NCBI GenBank assembly: GCA_964187785.1
Contig: OZ076411.1
Span: forward strand, 73,346,001 to 73,410,000
Reading direction: 5' to 3'
Length of the DNA stretch: 64,000 nucleotides
Source: Amphiscolops sp. MND2022
Taxonomy: Eukaryota
The position numbers and the translations under genes were made by a program. Shown one piece after another: positions 1-12,600 of this stretch (positions are counted from its first letter, which is position 1; every line of letters starts with the position of its first letter). The notes below the pieces were generated by a model. It was not told the origin of the DNA and ran no database searches. It saw only the letters and a list, made by a program, of their open reading frames with translations.

Positions 1-499
1 CACCGAGGTATAGTGTTCACTAAAAAGCTTCTACAATATTTGAAGTCGGCAAAGCTCCAGGCCTGCATTCTTGATAAATTGGTGCATTCTATCTGAACCC
101 ATCCGCTGCAAAGCTTACAATTTACCCAGTCTATCAACCCTAAAAGCTTCCGACACTTCAGAGCCGTTAATAGTTCCGTTGTGGTTCATCGAATTTCAAC
201 CTCAAAACCTAGCCAATTGCAGGAATACCACATTTGGATGTTTGCCAATCTTCCCCCCCCCCAAAAAAAACAACCACCGCAGCGAAGCAATCAGTATAAG
301 ACACAATACCTTGAATTGATAGAATGAAAAATAAATAGAATTCTTTCACCGGGTTCTGATGGTTCTTTCAGCCCAAGTGCAGTGACAAACTAACAAAACA
401 GCGTGAGAGATGTTTTCCAGTTCTCAAACCCAAATCACTGCCATCTCAGAAGCTATTCAACAAGCCTATCACAAAACTTAGGCTAGAAGCGTAAAGCTT

Positions 500-1870
500 A
501 GAATTTGAAAACCTAAATGGATATAACTATTACAGTATAGATATTTTCACGTATCCCCAATTTGTGGGTGTTTCGAGTATAAATAAGGGAAGCAAGCATT
601 GATAATTGGATAAAGTTATGTTAGGCTGTAAGGTTGAGGGTTTTACTACTTCCAAAAACGACTTGTTGTCGTTATGTTTCCTTATAAGGATCCACAGATG
701 GTAAATGAAAAGGCTAGTATCTTGCTGTTTGCATCTCGTCCGATTGTGATTTCTCAAGACCTTTTCGACGTGAATCTCGAGGAAGGTAGCAAAACTGTCC
801 GGTAAAAAAGAAGATTCAACTTGTGTCCAATGTAGTAAAATGTCTCCTACTTTGAGCTTTAAAACAAAGTTGACATTGATGACTGTACTCAGAAGATAAA
901 GAAGCGGCGTGCCCAGAACGTGACAAGAGTCAATATTCGGCAAAAATCCATGTCCAAAGATTGCCGTTGTGCAATTAGTTTGTACTGCTGGGCATTTTCG
1001 AGGTTTCTTTCAAGCTATATCGGTGCTGCATTAACAAGTGAGGTGCTTTCTCGATTTTTCTAACTAAATGATCACGGTAGTTGAGCTTTTTATCGATAAC
1101 TACTCCAAAAGAACTTGTTGTTTTTTGAACTTGGCTCTTATCACTTATCACCATTTAGGAACGGTAGCTCGAAGTCAATATCTTGGCAGTTGAAAGAAAT
1201 TAAGTCTGTTTTTCCTCTGTTCTTTAACAGCACACCACTTCTCGTTGTCGGAAAAGTTGTTCGAAGGACGGCAGATGAATGTGATGAATCTTTGTCAGTG
1301 ACAGTAATTGAGATTGACTGCAGAACTATCGTCAGCAAACTTGATTGTCTGTGCATGATTACAGCAAAAGTCGCCCAGGTAGATGACGAAGAGCAAGGGC
1401 GACACCACACTTCCCTGTGAAACGCCAATGTTATCCAGGAACTTTGAAGATTGCTATCCATTCTTTTCAATAGAAGCGTCTCTGGGTTTTAGAAACGATT
1501 TACTTATCCGATACAATTTGACAGAAACTTTGTGTTCTTACAGTTTAAAATGATGAACGTCCACCCACAGTTTATCAAAAGCCTTTTTGTGAGAGGGCTC
1601 AAACAAAAACAAGAGCAACATAAAAACTTTAATTAAAAACCGACATACTGAGCGATTGACAAACCTGGTCGATATAAGTCGTACGATTGTTGTTTTTGAC
1701 ATTTTTTGTATTTGGTGAACAAGCACCAGCAACATCATAGACCTCTTTGTGATGGGTCGAATCTTTTCGCCATATGGTCTTCTCAGTATTAGAGCATTGC
1801 TTTGTCTTTTGCTTCTCGAAAAAGAAATAGAACATTCTACATTCTGAAGTTATTCGCTCGCTTTGTGACA
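500..1870 (-). pseudogene. Degenerate LINE reverse transcriptase fragment, approximate bounds (copy at ~9878-11248)
   Basis: Minus-strand translation gives KAFDKLW (~1570) and IGVSQGSVVSPLLFVIYLGD...IKFADD (~1430-1325), matching non-LTR RT motifs. Stops and frameshifts present. Confidence 0.85.
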
Positions 1871-1879
1871 ATCTTATAA

Positions 1880-4790
1880 TATGGCGCTGCGTGGTGAACC
1901 CACGGGAATCGCACAAACAGCAATTGCATGATAACCCGACGCTTCCAAAACACGAGAACTAGAGTGGGAGGAATTGACTGACCTTTTTGAGGTCGCATTA
2001 ACGGCGACAAACAACATTTTATTCACAGAATTGACGGAAAGTAAAAAGCCTGGTGGGTGAATGGAACAGGCCACCGCTACAAAAAGGCAAATAGCGTACT
2101 ATACATTGCCGCAGATATGTTTCCCACCACAAACATCGCCAAAATAGCTTTAACTGATTTGCTGAAGAATTGTTAAGAAAGCTTTGGAAAACCAAAATAT
2201 TAAAAGTTAGATAGATTCAAGTTTTGAGCCGTAAACAACACGAAGGAGAAACTCTGCGTCAATTTTCGAACGAATTGAACAGACAAGCTGCCCAATGTAA
2301 AATGGGAAGAATTACGGAAGGTCTGGTGAACGATGTCTTCATTGTGAACAAGGTGAACAAAGATGTTCAACAAAATCTGTGTACTGAGCTCAAAGCAACA
2401 AGACAAGAAACCATCCAGTTTGCGTTCGTACAAGAAGAAGGTGCCACAAGACAACAGTCATTCACAGAACATCCCATTGATAAACTGGAAAAGCCAAACG
2501 TTAAGACGGGGACAAACAAAACAAATAAAATCAACTAAATTGTGGAAACAAGATATAACCCGGCAAGAAATGCTTCAGATGTGAAGCAAAATTCACACAA
2601 CAGCTTCTGAAAGAGTGCAATGCGATGGAAATAACTTTAATGAAATGTGAAGAAAAGCGCAAATTGCTGCGAGACCAAAGGGGTGGGGAACTTTGTAATG
2701 AGTCGAAAAAAAATTAGTACGCCCCACCAACAAATAAAGAATTCATGAATGGGATGAGAGCAGCAACGGTTCGACAACAGACCGTAAAACAGTATTAACT
2801 ATTGAAGGTGATGATAATGGAAAGTTCACAATGTCGTGCAAAAGAAATTTCAACATATTCAAAACAATGGTAGATTCAGGCTCACACGTCACAATCTTCG
2901 AATTAGATGAATACAAGAACATAATGAAAAAAAAAACACTTCTCATCCGCGAACTGCCGAAAGGCGTGAAAAAGGTCGAAATCATCAGAAGAGAATTAAA
3001 TTTACTGGGATATGTGTTTTGTCAACTTGAAGTAGGGTACAGCAAGCTGCAGAAGGCGAGAATTTTTATTGCAGAGAAAGGAGCAAAATCACTGATAGGA
3101 GGGGATTGGATGAATGCGTTCAGCTACTAAACTGTCTCGCACAATCAGAAAGAAGGTTACAACGCAATCTTTACTCTATTTACAAAAGTCTCACTACCAA
3201 ATAAAATCGAAACACCAAATGAAGAGGGTAGACAAACTAATGTACCTAATCACAAAAGCGAGCAAATACAATTAATGAAACAGCCTAAGAATTTATTCGA
3301 GCGTCCAGGAAAGCAATGTAAAATTTGAATTCAAACAAAACGCAAAAGCAACATATTTAAACGGTAGAAGACTACTTATAAAGCTACAAAAAGCTGTTGA
3401 AAAAGAAGTTTAAAAAGTTTCAGAAGGAGTACACGTTCACGAGTTACAGAAGTATCTGATAAATAGTACATACAACCCTTGGTAATGACGGTGAAAAAAG
3501 ACAAAAGCGTAAAAATAGCTTTTGTCGCAAGAGCCTTAAACAAAGAATTAATCCATATTTGAACCCTTAGTTGATAGGGTAGCCGAACAACTAGGTAACA
3601 TAGAGGATGGACCAGTTTTTTACAGTTCTCTCGATTAACATATCTAATACGTATGTATTTCTGGATAACAACAATGTAAATGTAACAGAAGGTAACCACG
3701 AAACTCACTACAATGCAGTGAGATAAGGACTCAATAAGTTGAATAGAGCAAATACAAGGTTGAAATGGGAAAAATGCAAAAATCCACAACCCAAAATTGA
3801 GTGGCTCGGCTACTAATCAACGCAAACTGGAATTCAACAAATAAATACCAAAATACAAGCCACAATTGAAACCTGAAACCGAAAAATTTAAAAGACCTTA
3901 GGTTTTACATAGGCGCAGTAAGCCATTTGAATCGGTTCATCCCCAATCTCGCCAAACAGTGCCACACAATACGACCATTGTTGAAAGAAGACCAACAATG
4001 GGAATGGGATGAAACTCATGATAAATCCTATCAAGAAATAGATGAACAAGTTCAAAAGATCGCAGAAGTAGTCCCCTTTAAAAAAGCTGCACAATCCGAA
4101 TTTAATGTGATGCAAGTAACGCCGAATTAGGAGCTGTATTAGAACAGCAAGACAAAATCGGATGGATGCCAAGTTCCCTTTGACTCAAGGTTTTTAACAC
4201 CGTTAGAGAATAAATACTCAAAAAGTGAACTCGATTTATTGGCAGTAGTTTGGGCGGTGGAACAGTTCAAAAACTACTAGTACCGTATAAAATTTCAAAT
4301 AGTATCTCATGACAAGCATCTATCTACAGTACTAAAGAGAAACAAGAACAAAAAGACATATTTAGGTAGAATGATCCGTTGGGTAGACCGACTGCTCTCT
4401 TTTGATTATGATGATTTCCACGCACCCTGCAGAACAATTGTGATCGTCGATTGTTTGTCACGACATCCCTCAAAAATAAGGTGTATAAATCAGCCGTACT
4501 GTAGAATACCTGGTTCACAATGAGCTATCTAAAGAATGTATATAGCGTTTTATTGAAAGAATTCAACGGACCAATCAGAGACCGACAATGGAGGAAACTT
4601 CAACACGACCATGAAAGAAGTAAAAGCCCACAGCTACCAATTTTGTGTGAACAAATAGAATTTAGGAAATCTGCCACGATGGGATAAAGCAATTCAACAA
4701 ACTCCTTAACAGGTACAAAGCATTCGAAGAAGTTTGAACCAAATTTGAAATTAGCGAGGTCAATGTTCAGCCGAGCCGCTTGCAAGCGTG
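1880..4790 (+). mobile_element. Degenerate Gypsy (Ty3) gag-pol remnant, RT partly deleted, no LTRs found (copy at ~11258-14167)
   Basis: Gag-like ORF 2224-2538; protease MVDSGSHVTIF (~2866); RT start VMTVKKDKSVKIA (~3480); RNase H-like ELDLLAVVWAVEQFKNY (~4225). Confidence 0.88.
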
Positions 4791-5900
4791 AACATTTGAC
4801 TTTTTCGAGCATAAGATGGAGACTGTAAAGTGATTGAGTTTTGTTGCTTGTCGATCTGAAGAACTCTTGTACATCCCCAGCAGTCCATTCACTTCGAGAA
4901 GTAATTTAATTCTAGTTGCCAGTATTCTTTTGAGCAGTTTACCGGAATGACTGGAGGTTGAGACTGGTCGATATGAAGAGCATTAATCATATCTCACTTT
5001 GTTGGGTTTGCGAATGAAGTCGACTGGCGAATCCGCCGATGACCACACTTGATCTTTCCAGCAATCAGTAAGCAGGAAAAATAGTGCTTTATAAACTATT
5101 TGTATCCGGTTGTTATATGTTGGGCGGTCAAGTGAATCCGAGTACTTTTTTCCGCTGCAATTGGCACACCTGACAGGTTGATTGCCTTTGCAGCTGTCCA
5201 GATTGCCCGTCACTTTCGGAGCGATAGTTGCCCGTCACTTTCGAATGGCAAATGGAACGGATATGTCCGCACTTCTGACAATGGTAGCAGCGTATTATTC
5301 GTATTCCTTGCAGGATTAATTCTACATGTTGATAGGGGAAATGGAAAAAAAACGGTCAGTTGTTGTCTTCTCAAACTGAGCTTTTACGGAAAAGGTCTGT
5401 TTGACAGTTTACACTGTTTTTCTATCGTTTTTGACAAATCTTTTGACTCTGACGCTTGGGAAAACATACGGTGGGGATGAAGCTGATGCCATTTTCGACA
5501 AATCTAACGGAAACCCTCTTATGACGGTGCTGTGGTCATTTTTAGCACTCGTTTTTTGATCGAACGAGGAGTCACCCTCAAAAAATTCAGCCTTCCATCC
5601 TTTCAAAACCTAGTCAGCCTCCTCTGATGATGTGAACATAAGATGTACACTACGCGATGCGGTAATAAATGCGTAAACTAACTTCTTGTTTGAAAGTATG
5701 GAAGCAAACGCTCTTTTGATTTCGATACTTTCTCTGAACTTTCGATTTGTCTTGATCTGCAATATTTTGCGAGGATCACGGGTTTGTCTTGTTCCACTCT
5801 TGTTGTCAGTCGTACGTATCGTTTGAGTTACGTTTCATTGGTTTCACTTTATCCCCATAGTACTCGAGAGGTTGGAATGGTGCCGGGTGGTCAAGCATAA
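4790..5900 (-). pseudogene. LINE remnant: ORF1 CCHC knuckles joined by deletion to the start of RT, approximate bounds (copies ~14167-15277 and ORF1 part ~30533-31294)
   Basis: IRCYHCQKCGHIRSIC...VRCANCSG (ORF 30526-30768 and ~5130-5300). SYRPVSTSSHSGKLLKRILATR at ~4975-4910. Confidence 0.8.
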
Positions 5901-6619
5901 ATTTGATGGTAAGTAGGTGCTTTTTCATGGATTCCAAAATTTGTCATCAGTAGTCCTAACTTCAGACTCTTTGTTATTGTTGACTTATCGCCTTTAAGGT
6001 TTCCCAGACGTTAAAAGCACGACCCTGAAGTTGCTTATCTTCGCATTTGGAGGAAAACCAATGAACAAAGGCAAACATTGAATGTATTGGTGGGTACTTT
6101 AGGTCAAAGCGGCCACAAAATCCATACCACCACGATACACATCCGTACAACATATTGACCTTTTTCCGTTTTTTGAACAATATTTTTTTCTATGGTGTGA
6201 AAATGAAGCATTTTTTACGTTGTATCAAATGATAGACCTAACTTTACTGAGAGATCCTCGAGTAAGTATTTTTCGAAAAATTGTTCAACCGTTGATGATT
6301 TTATCGTTGAAACTAAGCACAGGGAACGAAAAAAGCTGCGAACAAACTACTTTTCAGTTTTGTAAGCGATGGAGTCACGCGTTCTGTACATTGAACTAGC
6401 GCCAACAAAGAATACAATGTAATTAGTAAGAGAAATGAGTGTGTGTACCAAATAATATAAAATTGAGAAAGAAAAGCAAGAAAAAACAGTTCTGATGGAG
6501 GCCAATTGGCAGAAGACAGACCCACAGAACAGTCCCATAGACCAAAGTGTCACGGTTGTCAAAAGATTTCCCGATTCCAGCTAGAAGTGAACAATCATTT
6601 TAATCAAAAATTTCTCTTT

Positions 6620-7110
6620 TTAAATGATTTATGACATCAAAGGACAGAAACCGATCGAACATTTTGAACGCTTATCAAGTGTAAGCTTAAGTGCTAGTGG
6701 TTGAACGTCAATCCCCGTTGAAATGTGAATCTGAAGCTTGATGATCAGCAGCTACGGAATTGTGTAGCGCATACATGCCATTGTGGGGAAGAGGTTGACG
6801 GGGACGATTCACACGGTCTTTCTTGCAACAAAAGTGCGGATTGCATCAGCTAATCCTAACTCACTCATGAAGCAGAAGTTGGGACTTCTCGATTTACCTT
6901 TATTGCTGGAACCCCGTGGACTGTACTTGTCAGACAGCAAACGGTACAGATGGTGTTACCATGATTCCGTGGTGAACGGATGAGCAGTTGGTTTGGGATG
7001 TCACAATTGTCGATGCCATTGCATCCAGCCGCTTGAATCAAGGCTCCCTGGGCTACCCTGGAACTATCGCCACCAATGCAGAATCACGGAAGCTCGAGAG
7101 CTAGCATGGA
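6620..7110 (+). pseudogene. 3' fragment of an RLE-type non-LTR retrotransposon, CRE-clade-like (copies ~15997-16487 and ~32014-32497)
   Basis: Across frameshifts: LKLDDQQLRI, CHCGEEVDGDDSHGLSC (zinc finger), LEPRGLYLSDSKR.DGVTMIPW...LVWDVTIVD (restriction-like endonuclease PD..D region). Confidence 0.75.
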
Positions 7111-8272
7111 CTGAGGATTGATCATCCGCTGGAAACAGGTCTATTGAAGGAGCTCTAATTTAAGGTGGTAACACAGAGATCTAACACAAATGATCTAAAT
7201 ATTCAGATCTAAATTTTTGTTTTGATACTGAACAGATCTAATCTGAGCTAAAGAAGCGTGTCAGAGTTAGGCTAAAAACTTATTATAACGTAGTCTGTTT
7301 TGTTTACTCATCCCTAGTACCCTAAATACAGAAGCGAAGCCAAGCAGAGCGACGCGTCATACGACCAAGCCTCAATGTCACAACTTGGCGAATGGACCAG
7401 AGCGACCGAGCCGTACAACAAATATGATAATTGTTTCACACAAATCAAGTTACATAATTATTGGCTGTAGCAGCACTAAAAGCTGGTAAAAAAACACAAA
7501 TTAGACCATGAAGATATTAGACCTCAACATTCTAGATCAATGTAGATCTAAAAGTTAGATAAAAAACAACTTCCTTCAAACCTAATAAATTATATCAAAG
7601 GGTTGTGATCTCAATGGCTCTACAAATCGGCAATGCTGCAAGTGTTGAGCACCAGTGAGAAACAGTTATGCCTTCGGAGAATTGTATTTGAGTTTTTACT
7701 TTTTGTTGGATAGCAGAGTTCATCTAAAGACTGAATCTACATAGTGTACTTTTGATCTGTGGACTTGTTCAGTTTGTTTGTTGTTTCTGACATGCGTATT
7801 GTACTTTTGTGTTTATTTTGTTTATCTTGAATTTTGTTTCAAGTTTTTGCTTGTCTGACTAGTACCTGTATTCTTCAATATAGTTGGGGATGGGGTTAGA
7901 TCCAAGGTTGTATTTCCCTCCTCTAGGGATAGATGCTTCGTCAGTTTTACTCATTTCCCGATTTTCTGGGCACTGTAATATCTACACCTTTTTTCGAAGC
8001 AGTTTCAGCATCCCCCAAGTTACGGCAGTCCGTGACATCATTTGAAAACTCTGCAGAGTTAGGCGTCTCGCCTTGTGATGTCGGCGTGTGTAGCGGCTAG
8101 TGGCCGGTCTCGGCTTTTTTTCATTCTCTTCATTGCTGTCGCGTTCATTCTTATCGGTAACGTCACTGTCGGCTAGACTGCTTGGTCATTACTCGCTACT
8201 CGCGTGGCCGTATCCGGCATATTTTTTTGTCTCAGCTCAAACAGCTCGTAATCGAAGTCGACTTCAACAAAT

Positions 8273-9600
8273 TGTTTTTTCCGCTTCAACAAATTTTGAG
8301 ATCTTTCAGAACGGTTCTGTATTCATCACGTAAGTTTCCATCGTCGAGGTACCATACGTCTTTTGAACTCCAGATCATGAATGGAATCCGGAAATGAAGC
8401 TGGAGACTCACGATCTTGTTGCTTTGTCCCTTCGCAAAATTTGAACACTTAATCACCTTAAAAAGGAAACTTGGTTGACTGTGGGCCGAGCGTGAGTACC
8501 TATAAACTGCAGGGTGTATTTCAAAAGTTTTCGCGAGCATGAGTAGTGGGTTTATTGAACTGGAAACGTTTTCAAAGTCAATTTTCAAGATTACTTTTTT
8601 GGGTTGAGGGCTTTCTATCAGACAACGAATCACTGGTGAAGCCAATTCTGCGCCCCTTTTGGTGCCTAGGCCAACTTGTTGACTTCCGTATCTTGATTGA
8701 CGTGATTCAAAGACATGGTATCTGGCACAATTTGCGGACACCTGGCGGAAAGTATTACCTACAGCGATAGGGCGAATTCCTTGATTGGCCTTTTTAGCGC
8801 AATTATTTTTTTGGACAAAATGCCATCCAAACTTGCACTAGAGCCCTTGGGGAACGACGTGAAAGCATTGTGGACAAAGAACTTTGAGGTTGAAAAACAA
8901 TCAATATCTGTGGGGTCCGGAACAGAGCAAATTTCTCTCTGCTGATATTTTATCTTGGGGGCCGCGTAATTGTAGACCGTGAAATCTGCAGTCTCTTTGT
9001 CGCCTAAGTTATTCTAATTCCGACCTTAACGTTACCTTCGTCTAATTTTGTTTACAAGTGGGCCACAGTCGTTGATCTAACTCGCTTTTATGTTGCAATT
9101 TTCTGTCGTGTTTCGGTTTTTTTTCTCAAAAACACCATCTCGGAGACGCTTGTTGATAATTGAATTGAGTGATGATGACCTGTTGCCGTTTGCCTTTAAA
9201 AAACATCTTAGAGAGGAGAGCAATTAGCGCCACTAAGCAACATTTGACGGGGTTTCACAAACAAAATTATTTTGGTTTCAAGGTTTCAGCTGAAGAGATC
9301 CGTGGATTTTTAGGAACTCTTTTCAAGCGAAAAACGCCTGAATGAAAGAGGGTTTCCGGTCTAAAGTTATCATCATGACACCGAGGTATAGTGTTCACTA
9401 AAAAGCTTCTACAATATTTGAAGTCGGCAAAGCTCCAGGCCTGCATTCTTGATAAATTGGTGCATTCTATCTGAACCCATCCGCTGCAAAGCTTACAATT
9501 TATCCAGTCTATCAACCCTAAAAGCTTCCGACACTTCAGAGCCGTTAATAGTTCCGTTGTGGTTCATCGAATTTCAACCTCAAAACCTAGCCAATTGCAG
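8273..9600 (-). pseudogene. 5' and RT fragment of a CRE-like non-LTR retrotransposon (PHD-like piece also at 1-140)
   Basis: ORF 9267-9515 has WINCKLCSGWVQIEC and LKRVPKNPRISSAE. ORF 8286-8741 has QQVGLGTKRGAE, VILKIDFEN and WYLDDGNL. Confidence 0.78.
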
Positions 9601-12600
9601 GAATACCACATTTGGATGTTTGCCAATCTTCCCCCCCCCCAAAAAAAACAACCACCGCAGTGAAGCAATCAGTATAAGACACAATACCTTGAATTGATAG
9701 AATGAAAAATAAATAGAATTCTTTCACCGGGTTCTGATGGTTCTTTCAGCCCAAGTGCAGTGACAAACTAACAAAACAGCGTGAGAGATGTTTTCCAGTT
9801 CTCAAACCCAAATCACTGCCATCTCAGAAGCTATTCAACAAGCCTATCACAAAACTTAGGCTAGAAGCGTAAAGCTTAGAATTTGAAAACCTAAATGGAT
9901 ATAACTATTACAGTATAGATATTTTCACGTATCCCCAATTTGTGGGTGTTTCGAGTATAAATAAGGGAAGCAAGCATTGATAATTGGATAAAGTTATGTT
10001 AGGCTGTAAGGTTGAGGGTTTTACTACTTCCAAAAACGACTTGTTGTCGTTATGTTTCCTTATAAGGATCCACAGATGGTAAATGAAAAGGCTAGTATCT
10101 TGCTGTTTGCATCTCGTCCGATTGTGATTTCTCAAGACCTTTTCGACGTGAATCTCGGGGAAGGTAGCAAAACTGTCCGGTAAAAAAGAAGATTCAACTT
10201 GTGTCCAATGTAGTAAAATGTCTCCTACTTTGAGCTTTAAAACAAAGTTGACATTGATGACTGTACTCAGAAGATAAAGAAGCGGCGTGCCCAGAACGTG
10301 ACAAGAGTCAATATTCGGCAAAAATCCATGTCCAAAGATTGCCGTTGTGCAATTAGTTTGTACTGCTGGGCATTTTCGAGGTTTCTTTCAAGCTATATCG
10401 GTGCTGCATTAACAAGTGAGGTGCTTTCTCGATTTTTCTAACTAAATGATCACGGTAGTTGAGCTTTTTATCGATAACTACTCCAAAAGAACTTGTTGTT
10501 TTTTGAACTTGGCTCTTATCACTTATCACCATTTAGGAACGGTAGCTCGAAGTCAATATCTTGGCAGTTGAAAGAAATTAAGTCTGTTTTTCCTCTGTTC
10601 TTTAACAGCACACCACTTCTCGTTGTCGGAAAAGTTGTTCGAAGGACGGCAGATGAATGTGATGAATCTTTGTCAGTGACAGTAATTGAGATTGACTGCA
10701 GAACTATCGTCAGCAAACTTGATTGTCTGTGCATGATTACAGCAAAAGTCGCCCAGGTAGATGACGAAGAGCAAGGGCGACACCACACTTCCCTGTGAAA
10801 CGCCAATGTTATCCAGGAACTTTGAAGATTGCTATCCATTCTTTTCAATAGAAGCGTCTCTGGGTTTTAGAAACGATTTACTTATCCGATACAATTTGAC
10901 AGAAACTTTGTGTTCTTACAGTTTAAAATGATGAACGTCCACCCACAGTTTATCAAAAGCCTTTTTGTGAGAGGGCTCAAACAAAAACAAGAGCAACATA
11001 AAAACTTTAATTAAAAACCGACATACTGAGCGATTGACAAACCTGGTCGATATAAGTCGTACGATTGTTGTTTTTGACATTTTTTGTATTTGGTGAACAA
11101 GCACCAGCAACATCATAGACCTCTTTGTGATGGGTCGAATCTTTTCGCCATATGGTCTTCTCAGTATTAGAGCATTGCTTTGTCTTTTGCTTCTCGAAAA
11201 AGAAATAGAACATTCTACATTCTGAAGTTATTCGCTCGCTTTGTGACAATCTTATAATATGGCGCTGCGTGGTGAACCCACGGGAATCGCACAAACAGCA
11301 ATTGCATGATAACCCGACGCTTCCAAAACACGAGAACTAGAGTGGGAGGAATTGACTGACCTTTTTGAGGTCGCATTAACGGCGACAAACAACATTTTAT
11401 TCACAGAATTGACGGAAAGTAAAAAGCCTGGTGGGTGAATGGAACAGGCCACCGCTACAAAAAGGCAAATAGCGTACTATACATTGCCGCAGATATGTTT
11501 CCCACCACAAACATCGCCAAAATAGCTTTAACTGATTTGCTGAAGAATTGTTAAGAAAGCTTTGGAAAACCAAAATATTAAAAGTTAGATAGATTCAAGT
11601 TTTGAGCCGTAAACAACACGAAGGAGAAACTCTGCGTCAATTTTCGAACGAATTGAACAGACAAGCTGCCCAATGTAAAATGGGAAGAATTACGGAAGGT
11701 CTGGTGAACGATGTCTTCATTGTGAACAAGGTGAACAAAGATGTTCAACAAAATCTGTGTACTGAGCTCAAAGCAACAAGACAAGAAACCATCCAGTTTG
11801 CGTTCGTACAAGAAGAAGGTGCCACAAGACAACAGTCATTCACAGAACATCCCATTGATAAACTGGAAAAGCCAAACGTTAAGACGGGGACAAACAAAAC
11901 AAATAAAATCAACTAAATTGTGGAAACAAGATATAACCCGGCAAGAAATGCTTCAGATGTGAAGCAAAATTCACACAACAGCTTCTGAAAGAGTGCAATG
12001 CGATGGAAATAACTTTAATGAAATGTGAAGAAAAGCGCAAATTGCTGCGAGACCAAAGGGGTGGGGAACTTTGTAATGAGTCGAAAAAAAATGAGTACGC
12101 CCCACCAACAAATAAAGAATTCATGAATGGGATGAGAGCAGCAACGGTTCGACAACAGACCGTAAAACAGTATTAACTATTGAAGGTGATGATAATGGAA
12201 AGTTCACAATGTCGTGCAAAAGAAATTTCAACATATTCAAAACAATGGTAGATTCAGGCTCACACGTCACAATCTTCGAATTAGATGAATACAAGAACAT
12301 AATGAAAAAAAACACTCCTCATCCGCGAACTGCCGAAAGGCGTGAAAAAGGTCGAAATCATCAGAAGAGAATTAAATTTACTGGGATATGTGTTTTGTCA
12401 ACTTGAAGTAGGGTACAGCAAGCTGCAGAAGGCGAGAATTTTTATTGCAGAGAAAGGAGCAAAATCACTGATAGGAGGGGATTGGATGAATGCGTTCAGC
12501 TACTAAACTGTCTCGCACAATCAGAAAGAAGGTTACAACGCAATCTTTACTCTATTTACAAAAGTCTCACTAACAAATAAAATCGAAACACCAAATGAAG

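Noticed and set aside
6340-6420. FCKRWSHAFC as a PHD-finger fragment
   Set aside because: A single short motif among stops, which is not enough to annotate.
7150-7560. GATCTA-rich patches as a decayed relative of the Mutator TIR arrays
   Set aside because: Only a few scattered hexamers, with no definable termini or TSD.
7259-7792. Possible solo LTR (TGTCAGA...TCTGACA)
   Set aside because: The flanks (AGCG/TGCG) give no clean TSD, there is no PPT or PBS, no partner LTR is in the window, and the T-rich sequence continues past the supposed end.
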